From contig OX597817.1 of the NCBI GenBank assembly GCA_951406725.2, positions 118,234,001-118,298,000 of the forward strand: DNA of 64,000 bases, written 5' to 3'. The notes below the pieces were generated by a model. The model was not told the DNA's origin and ran no database searches. It was given only the letters and a program-made list of their open reading frames with translations. The number at the start of each line of letters is the position of its first letter. Position 1 is the stretch's first letter. The stretch is from Octopus vulgaris (lineage: Eukaryota). Shown here piece after piece: positions 53,966-64,000 of this stretch. The translations under genes and the position numbers were made by a program.

Positions 53966-54720
53966 AGGACTGATCAATAAGTATCCGGACTGTTGCCATA
54001 GTAATAAATCTAAGGCACGCAGAGTAAAGTCGCATGGCAAAGATTGACCATGAGCAGTGCTCTGCATGCCCACTAAGATTTAATGCTCTTTCTCACTTTC
54101 GCTGTTTAAGGTAGTGCTTCGGAAGAAGGAGTGTAACGTGTGATCGTCGCATTGACCATGACAGAGAAAGCTGCTGTCATGGCGATACCTGATCAGACGG
54201 CTACGCAAAGTTAAAGCAAGTGTATGGAGAGGAGTTTTAGACCAGCACACAAATGTTCAAGTGGTTCAGACGTTTCCAAGAAGGCCGAAACAACGTCGAT
54301 ATTGAACGTTCTGCAGCCAGCAGAACTGAGAAAAACATCGCAGATGTGCGTGCAGGTATTAGAGGATGTGCAGATTACTTATAGTCTAGTCCATTATCAC
54401 TGAAGATTCGAGTGTGAGACGCCTATGTGCCAAAACAGCTTGCAGCTGACCAAAATGCTACTCGGGTTTTAGTTGCACATAATCTGTTTGATTGTCTCGA
54501 GAACGATGGAAAATTTTGAAAACTTTGCAATAGACCTCTGAGCAGGTATCGCCAAGCGTTTGCCAGAATTTGATGCAGATTCTCTGCTCAACTGTATCTG
54601 TCATGGTAACTGCGATGATCACACGCTACACACCTTCTTTTCAAACACTGCTGTAAACAGCGGAATTGCGCTAGAATGTTGAAACTTAACGCGAGTTCAT
54701 ACTTGACCCAATAGAACTCA
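53962..54720 (+). mobile_element. Mariner deletion/fold-back derivative
   Basis: TIR-like tacaaggactgatcaataagtatccggact; HTH remnant LKQVYGEE..MFKWFRRFQEGR; ~54075-54172 is inverted at ~54587-54690. Confidence 0.7.
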
Positions 54721-56274
54721 AAAGAACTACATGAATGTAACACGTTTTCTTGGAAAGAGACAATTATTGCCCTTGCTACAATACGATCATTATCTCTCAT
54801 AGCCTGAACCCACACACTCTCAAACCCATATATACTAACACCCACCCACACGCACACAGTGTGCCGATCGAGTAGTCCTCACTAGAGATCTACGGAATAT
54901 ACGAAACTAGACGTCTAGTCTCAGGATTTTCGAGTCAACATGGGGCGGTTGACTCCCCTGTCAGCATATATCTGCGCTCTTCCTAAAGCTTCAGGTGTAT
55001 TTCAACTCTTAATTCTTGCAATGTAGGTGCCTCGACACCTTTAGTCACAGTTAGTAACGATTAAATTGTCCCGTTATTGTATCGCATTGTGCTTAGCTAT
55101 TTATATTAATTATATATATAAATATATATCGTAAAAATTGTATTATGAAAATGTGAACCTCTTTTCAGAGACAAAACAAAACATTACGGCTCTGCTCAGT
55201 TATTGGTCTGCTCTAAGCTTATGTAACCATTATTAGCAGTATATTATGTCTTTTGCTTGTTTCAGTCATTACACTGCAACCATTTTTGGGGACTGCCTTG
55301 AAGACTTCTTTATTTTTTATTCGAATGAACCGACCATAGTACATATTCTTTTAAAACTCAGTAGTTATTATGTTGCTTTCTTGTGCCGAAGCGTTACGTT
55401 ACGGGAATGTGAAAAGAAAACATACCAACACTGGTTGTCAACACAAACACAAATATAAACACCAAATCTACCAAACCTACTCAAAAGGCTGTGGTTCACC
55501 TGAGACTACAGTAAAAGACAATTGTCCAAAGTATCATGCATTGGGACTGAACCCAGAAACATGTGTTTGGAAAGCAAAATTCTTACCATACTCCCACGCC
55601 TTAGTGCGTGCATTGCTAATATATGCGTGATTGCATTACTGCTAATATAGAAAACCTTTGTACGAAAAACTCTAAATCGCACCTAAAAAAGCCTGCGGTG
55701 GAAGCGCCACTGACTGTACGCCTATGGAAATGCTATTTCTATACTCTATTTTGAATGTCATTTCTCTATATTCGCATCGCCTCCTGCGCTCATCTATATT
55801 GTATCCTACCTTGTATATTGTAATCTAAAGTACTCAAGTAACATATCCTCCTCCGATTTGCCACCATCTAGATGTAACTTCGTGCTTTAAACAATTATCA
55901 TCCTAGATATGCTGTAGATTAAAATTTATCTGACAATCAAAATTATCAATATTATATTTCTTCTATATCCCAGGAAAATATTTCTAGAAGTATCCGTCAG
56001 TTCTGTAATTCTATCGGAGCATTGGTTCTGCTTCAAGCAATGCTTGAAGGTTTGTGCTACATCAGTCCACCACGAGTTATGTGTATACGGAACAAATTTC
56101 TTTTTAATTCTGCAACAGTGACGTTTATATATCAAATATATTATATAACAAGGAAATTCACGAATAAAAATAATCTGAAAATAGTAAGTTAAATGAAAGA
56201 AAAATTCTGATATATTTTCAGATGTCGTAGCAGTTATTAGTCAAATATTCTATAGGCTGAAGACAAGCGTACTG

Positions 56275-56355
56275 TTGTGGTAGTGGTGTTGGTGTTGGTG
56301 GTGGTGGTGGTGATGGGATGGTAGTGGTGGTGGTGGTGGTTGTGCTGGTGATGGT
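56275..56355. repeat. Imperfect (GGT)n microsatellite
   Basis: Directly visible. Confidence 0.9.
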
Positions 56356-57910
56356 TATTGAATGCTGTATATCAAAACTTATATAACACAATAAAACGTA
56401 CTTTCAAGAAATACAGTACTATACTATTACTTGGTTCTCAATATATACTTCAGTAGAATTAAATTGTTTATGACATAAAGTGAACAAGATCAATAATAGC
56501 AGCTGCATAGAAAGTGATCTTCCGTGACCTTTTTTAAAACCAAAATATTGAAAGGAATGACTCCATATGGAAGATTCTAACATGTCTATAAAGGCTACAA
56601 TAAAAAGTTTTTTAAATTAAGTTACCTTACGTATAATACTGTCACCGTAGAAATACCATTCCTTCATCTTTGGTTAATAAAGTTGGATTATTATTGATGA
56701 TTTACATAGCAACTTATTGAATATAGAGAACTTTGAGATCATTTTTTTCCTTCTAATTTTATAATACCCGAAGAGTTATTTTCATATGACGAGGGAAGTA
56801 TATTCATATGTTATTCCATGATATATGCAAATAAAAATATTTCTGTTAAAGAAACTTATTTCTTGTTAAAACTTCTCAAGTTCTCCAATTTTTAAACTAT
56901 AGAGGATTCGTGATAACCTCCTTTCCGCATCATTTACTACGGTTCAAATGTCAGTTAATGGTGGGTGACAAAATCGACACGAGAACGAGAGACTAATGAT
57001 CATTCTTGAATGTATATCGTATCTGATTATTTTCGCCCATAGCAAAAGCATTAAAATCTCAACCATTTCAGCGCGCGGTCAATAGGAACAATTTAAAGAT
57101 ACAATGCACTGCTGAAAAGAAAAGTAACATCCTTTTGTGATAATAGAACAGATTGTTAGCTTACACAAGTGATTTTAATTGATACTGCTTGTGACCGTAG
57201 CAGATTATTTATTAAAGTTGAATATTTTCCACCATTGTACGCAACAATTATATTCGCTATTGCTTAATATGGACACATTTTTTTAGATATATTTGATTTT
57301 ATAGCCTGTATATAAAACCATTCCTTAGAATTGGAATTACAGTTCATTAGTGGTTATATTGAATACAGCTGATATCTATATTTTTTTATGATTTTAAAAT
57401 ACATTGTTAGATGCCTGAATGGATATTTTTTAAAGATAATAGGAGATAATCCAACATTAATAACAGCGTAGGTAGATCAACAAAAGTGCATTGAATCTGT
57501 TGCTTCCGTCCATATCGTCACTCAACATTTGCTACAAAACAGAATTTAGAGCACTGTTAAAGTAAAACAGCAATCAAAGACGCGTCTTTGATAACATATT
57601 TTGTAATATGGTCCACTAAATCTGCCACTTTCAATAAAAGGATACGAATGAGATATTTCTTGTTATAAATTGAAAGTAAGATAATTTCTAAAAAGATGTT
57701 ATTGTTAATGGATATATATATGAAGATATGAAGTGTCAACTTAGAATAATATTTTGATTTACATTTATATGTAATACGGTTTGCTTTTCTAAGACATTTA
57801 CTGTCATCACATTTTATCGGCTTGAAAACAGTGGGAAAGATACACAGTAGACAGACAGACAATCCGACAGAGACAGACTGACAGGTAGATAGATAGAGAG
57901 AGAGAGGGGG

Positions 57911-57989
<79 letters not shown>

Positions 57990-59981
57990 TTAGAGTGTTG
58001 GGGGGGAGAGACACATCTTAAAATTGATTGAAATCTCTGAAGAGAAGCTAATATTTCAATTATTGTAATTCACATCATTTTAATTGCTTATATATGTTTT
58101 CACCGACTCGAACAAAAATAGTCTCTATTGATTCAAATATCCGTAGCTATTCAGTCGTAAAAATTGTTAATGGTATTTATCTTCATAAAGAAACAATAAG
58201 ATTCAATTAAGAGCCATTTCCTATTTGTCAGGTACTTGCATGACCAGTTTTATCAAAAACAAAAGCGTTAATTAGATATCAGAATCGGATAAATGTAAAG
58301 ATTTATTAGATAATATCATGACTGCGGTAGTCTGTTCAAATGTGCAACATATTTACGTAGATACAGCCTTATCTTGCAGTACATCAGGCTGTAAAATGAA
58401 TCAACATTACATTTCGAATGTTCTAGGTATATCGTTGCCATTTTATCTATTACTTCTAATTTCTTACACAAACTAACAAAAACTGTTTATTTATGACATA
58501 TAAACTGCATTATAGATGTCAAATATCTCTATAAAATGTTACTTATCATTCTATAATAAGTATTGTAGAATATTGAACATTGATAACACCAGTAGAAAAA
58601 GTATAATGATTTCATGTCTATCTATCGCTTTTAGATAAATTCACATTGGTTGAAATAAATTCGAGATTAAGTAGGTGTTCGAAGGGACTAGATGTTTCAA
58701 GTTGCCCCATTTGCTTCTTGTATTTCGGAGAAACTTGTTACTTTTCATCATTAACAGTATTTTATCACAATGAAATATCAGGGCTAGAAAACGTGTTGGT
58801 TAGGCAGAAAATGTAGTTTAATTTTTGATATTTCCTTTAACACAAGCGAGTATCAAAACTACAATTCCTTGACATTCGGTAATTTTATTTATATTTTCCT
58901 AGCCTGTTAGTAGCAATGACACCGAATATAGGACAGTGCAACTCTCATATTGATAAGTATTCTTCGTGTATTAGTGACGTAAAATAAATGAATTTTGCAC
59001 AAATTTATGTATTTGGTAATTATGTGGATTTTGTGCATTCATTGATGTTAGTTCTAATTCTATGGAAAATCATATAGGCAAACTCAGTAATTTTAACAAT
59101 TAAAACTGTTTATTCAGACATTTCCCATCAAGTATTGTTGTTATTTATGCTATAGATTCCATCTTCACAGTAACGGATACGCTTGTGGCTAATTGCTACT
59201 TTCCTACTGTATTCAGCCCAACTCACCACTACAGCAATCGGAACATCAATATTATTGAGATATGTTTTTTTCTATTATTTCTTATCATCCACGCATTACT
59301 GATTTTTCTAGCACTAATATTTGTAAATTCTCTCAAAAATTTGAACTTTTTACGTGATTCGAAGACCGAATTTTCCAATTCGTTCCTTCCTAGTTTATTT
59401 AAACTTGTTGTAGATCATAAATAGAACAAGAATAGTTAGATCGACTAATTGTAGTATAAGGCTTTAGTTAAAATAATAAATAATAATCGATGGTCATATG
59501 AGACGATATTTACAATATGTACAAACATTTTAAAATCCTTTTATTTATCGAAAATGTACTCCCAAGAACGAGGGTGTATCGAGTGAGCAATATATATTCT
59601 GGACATGTTATAGATGGTTTCTCTTTTCAAATCATGATTAGTTTTCAGTTGGTTGTCATATATATGTTTAGCAATGCTGTTTTATGATTTAAAATAGTGT
59701 ATGTACAATTAAGGTAAAGTACATTTTGTATAGCAATTTCAATATGAGAGTATCACACAAACACATTTACACACACTTACACTTAAGATCAGTCATAGAA
59801 TAGGCTTCATCGCATGTCTTGAGCGTATTTTATCAGCCCTGAAAGGATGAAGGCTGAAGTCAACGCTTCTCGTACGCTAGCAAATATTTACTTAAATCGT
59901 AGAATATACATGTTTTTAATATGAATTGCTCAAAAACATTATGTTCTCTTTTACCTGTTTGCGGGGGAGCAAACACAGGCA

Positions 59982-60080
<99 letters not shown>

Positions 60081-62808
60081 TGCAGCGGGATTCTTTCAGT
60101 TTCCCTCTACCAAATCCAGTCATAAGGCTTTGGTTAGCCCGAGGCTTATAGTATTATATTCATTGTTCACTTCCCACTTGTTCTGAAAATGATTGCGCAG
60201 CTCTAAACCAGCCACAGTTGTGTAGATTGAAGTCAGAAGTCTTCCAAGTGTAAGTAGCACTCCTTTCTAAGAAGAGTGCTTCTAGTACAAAGTATTTATA
60301 TATTCTCCATGTGTCAGGTGAGTAGAATTTGGGCGCTAGTTCTAGAAAAAAAGAGCAAAGATGGGGCAACTGCATAGAGTTTCCATATTTAGGTCAACAT
60401 CGAGATAAGAGGAAATTATGGCAATGATGACCATAAAACAATGAACTGTAAAATATTTAATTCCAATAACTACTTAATACAATAACCAAGGAGGATATAA
60501 AGAACTAATGTTCTTTATACATTCTTCAAATACTCACATTGCACATTGTGCTAAGTTGCTATAATCAATTGAATAGGCTTCTTTAAAAGAAACAGTCAAT
60601 CACGGTGGTATTTGAACATATAATATAGTTGGCTGAAGCTAAAAATTGTGTCAGGTTTATGTTCAAGTATATAAAAGTATGCTAATATTGGTATATAAGG
60701 CAGCTATGAATTTTCCTTTCACACAATACTATACATATACCGACAGACGTTAAGCAATGAGTTTAATGTTCTTTAATTTTTGTTATGTACGGAATAATTA
60801 ACTACGATGGTGTTTGAACAATGTGTGTAAAGGTAATTGAATAAGTATTTCTAGACAGTTAGGCCTAAACTTTACCTTTCTGTTAGTACACTGCACTAAT
60901 AAAAGGTAGTATATTGATATCCTGTAACCATGCAAAGTCAGCAAGCTGTAAACGAATGGTGAAATCGATTGAATCTACCAGACAATGGATTCTTGTTAAT
61001 AATATCTGTCCCTATTGACGGACGTAAATAAATATTTATCGCCTTGCTCACTGCATCAGCAATTATGTTCCCTTCTGGCAGATTCGCATTTTTCTTATAT
61101 GTAAATATTAACAATTTGATTTAATGGATACGAAATTTCACGATGAGAAAATGTATAGAAATATGAAGTGCTGGAGAGCAATTCTGTATTATTTAGATAT
61201 GAGGCAAAATGTGAGTTAAAATGTATGATGATATATTAACTTACTCTTTCAATTTTCTACAATTTCTTTTAAGAGTGCCTACTACATAATACATTTTATG
61301 AATGAGATGCAAAACCAAAATAATGTTTTGAAATTTAAAGAGCTAAGAAATGCTGACAAGTATGAGTACATACATATCGGTATTACGAATATCACACCTC
61401 AACGAAATATCACCTCGACTAGAAATCGTGTGTGAAAAGGAGAAGTAATAAAGTGGAAGTTTTGTTTTTGAAATAGCGTTCTAAAATCATCTATCTGCAA
61501 TTACTTTATATAACAGTGATGTGTTAATTTAATTATATTGTAGCATGAAACGTCGATATAAACAACACACACACATTCACGCATGCTAAGTGACACACAT
61601 ACAAAAACACGCGCATTTAACCATGAAAATACACAAACACGTGGAGAAATTGTGTGTGCGTGTTTGTATATATATATGGGGTGTGTGTGTGTATGTATGT
61701 CTGTATGTATATGCATGTATGTATATCAATATGTGTACATATGTATAAATATATGTGTGTGTTTGTGCGTGTGAGTGTGTATACGTACATACACATCTAC
61801 ATACAGTTTATATCTACATAAATATGCATATATGCGTATAAATATATGCAATTGTATAGACATATGCTTACAGGGGGTCACATGCTTAATGCATGGGCGT
61901 AGCCTCCGTATATATATATATATATGTATGTATGTATGTATATATATATATATATATTTATTTATTTATTTGTGTGTAGAAATGAGTGTGTGTGAGCGTG
62001 CATTTGTGTGCGTGTGTGTGTGTTGTGTGCATCTATGATTTTAATCTAAACTCTAATGTAAATATGAAGCATTTTGCAAATTATTTCAGATCAATTAATG
62101 GACATCGAATGTACGTGTTGATCAACTAGCGTTTGTTGACCTACTTGCAATTATATAAGCAAATGTGCCTGGAGATATATTGAATCTAGCGTCTGTAGGA
62201 AAATAGTTCAATGCCCTTGTAATTCCGAGTTAATATTATTTGCATTTATCCTCTGAAAGCATTTTAAATCATCCAAACACGAGTCATCAAAAATAATGAA
62301 GTTCTTCTTTATAATTAATTAGTTAAACTTTGCATGAATTTTATTGAAAATTTGGATATATACATATTTCTTTATATTTATGTGTATCTGCGTCTGCCTG
62401 CGTACGTATTCTTTTAATTTCTTCAATTATGGTAAAGGTCTACACGGTTAAGCTGGCTGAATCTTTATCGCGTGGGACAAAAATGCTTTTTGGCATTAAT
62501 TTGGGTTGTTTACTTTCTGAGTTTAAAATTCCACCAATGTCAACTTAAAATGTTATTATTTCGAGGACCATAATATAGTATTAGTTGAGCACATAGCTGA
62601 TGTGCTAAATTTGCTGTTCTCTGGCCAAAAGTTGAAACCGTTATTATAACTTCTATTACATCATTCCTAAAAATATGAACACATCTACTTGTATCATAAT
62701 TATTATCTTTATATTTCTCGGATGAGAAAGTGTCCAATGTATTGTCGCCTTAAAATAACAAATAATTATTAGAAAAGATATATAAATGAGTGAAATCTAT
62801 CAAAGATT

Positions 62809-63246
62809 GCATCTTTTCGGTTTGAACGGCAGTTTTTAACATAATTTCTAGGTAATTAAAAAATTTTAAACTCCGTATACTGGTAGAATGTGTTTATAAA
62901 ACATCTTTTTCTCTCGCCTTTACTGAGAAAATTCTATAGGTTGTAAGATATTTGTTGTTTTTTGTCTTCAATTTCTGCAATTTCAACCAATCAATGACGT
63001 CTATTGAGTTAAAAAGTATTCTGTGCCGTGTAAATATGTCCCTCGTTTAAGAAACAGATTGGGTTTATTTACGTTTGTGAAGAAAAGAAAGATACCTTTC
63101 ACCCACCCCTAACCCTAACTAAACCTAACTAACCCTAACCCTAAAAGAGATTGAAATACAATAGATCGATTCAAGGGTCATAATTATTGGTGGCAATTTC
63201 ATATGACATCGCTAGAAAAAAACTCCGGTTCAAACTGAAAAGATCC
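62809..63246. mobile_element. MITE with ~29-bp TIRs, 7-8-bp TSD and internal (CCCTAA)n
   Basis: gcatcttttcggtttgaacggcagttttt / aaaaactccggttcaaactgaaaagatcc; TSD (c)aaagatt at 62801-62808 and 63246-63253; ccctaaccctaa array at ~63107-63145. Confidence 0.85.
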
Positions 63247-64000
63247 AAAGATTTTCAATAAAAAAATCTGTTTAAGATAATGTGTTCACTGTCGACCAAA
63301 TGTTAAATTGTTAGTCTTAGTTATTAAGAGTCATAATTAATTTGGACGAAAACAAAACTGAATATCGATATTTTAATTTTTCAATATTTTTCGTTTATTT
63401 TGTGCTTTCAGGACACCATGTTGAAATCAGTACGAGTTTTAGATAAGTACATTACATAATAAATGTGCAGTGTTCAGTAAAGCTCTTTTAACTAGCTATG
63501 CATATATGTAATCCGTTGTGCTTTGGTGATTTGTTTCTGTATATTTTTAATTGTAACACAAAATACCTATTATTATACGAAGTGTTTGCTTCCAGGCCTC
63601 ATATTCTGGTCATCTTTATTTTCATATATCTGTGTACACACACACACACGCATATAACACACACACACACACACACACACACAATATGTATATATATATA
63701 TATATAGATATATATATAGATATATATATAAAGATGCCTTGCGGTCAGATTATGAAATTGAAAGGGAAAATATTAAGATGCATCAATATTTCTTCAACCT
63801 CATGTATCTTATTTAATTTTGATATAAGACCACTTTCCCATTGATTACAATTATAGAGATATATTTAGTAACGTTAGTACCAAAGTCAGTTATTAACATT
63901 TAACACATTTGCATCTGCAACCAGCTAAAACTTCATCCACGTGCGTAACAACCCCCACCGCATATATTTTTTGAGAACCGTCATTTTGTATTCAAAGATC

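Noticed and set aside
54011-54024. miR-124-like taaggcacgc (also at ~52717)
   Set aside because: Only the first 10 nt match, there is no evident hairpin, and this copy lies within a mariner derivative.
63107-63145. Chromosome end or telomere fusion site
   Set aside because: Short, degenerate and internal to a TIR/TSD-bounded element.

Overview
AT-rich eukaryotic (animal) genomic DNA, dense in (TA)n/(CA)n/(GATA)n microsatellites and transposon debris. The SINE types resemble those I associate with octopus/coleoid cephalopods (inference, not verified). No host protein-coding gene is supportable; most listed ORFs are microsatellite translations. Recognisable elements: Penelope-like retroelements (RT and GIY-YIG), a Hero-like LINE remnant, Tc1 and mariner remnants (one nested), Helentron/DINE-like repeats, three tRNA-derived SINE types, and a MITE with internal TTAGGG repeats. 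The most notable signal is about 10 minimal type-I hammerhead ribozyme (HHR) motifs plus many fold-back insertions next to (TA)n tracts. These include a tRNA-headed hammerhead SINE inserted head-to-head within one 14-bp TSD, a Penelope RT with a ~495-bp inverted duplication, and a retrozyme-like unit interrupted by an ORF1-only (HAL1-like) element with its own TSD. All alignments and counts were made by eye, so boundaries are approximate.
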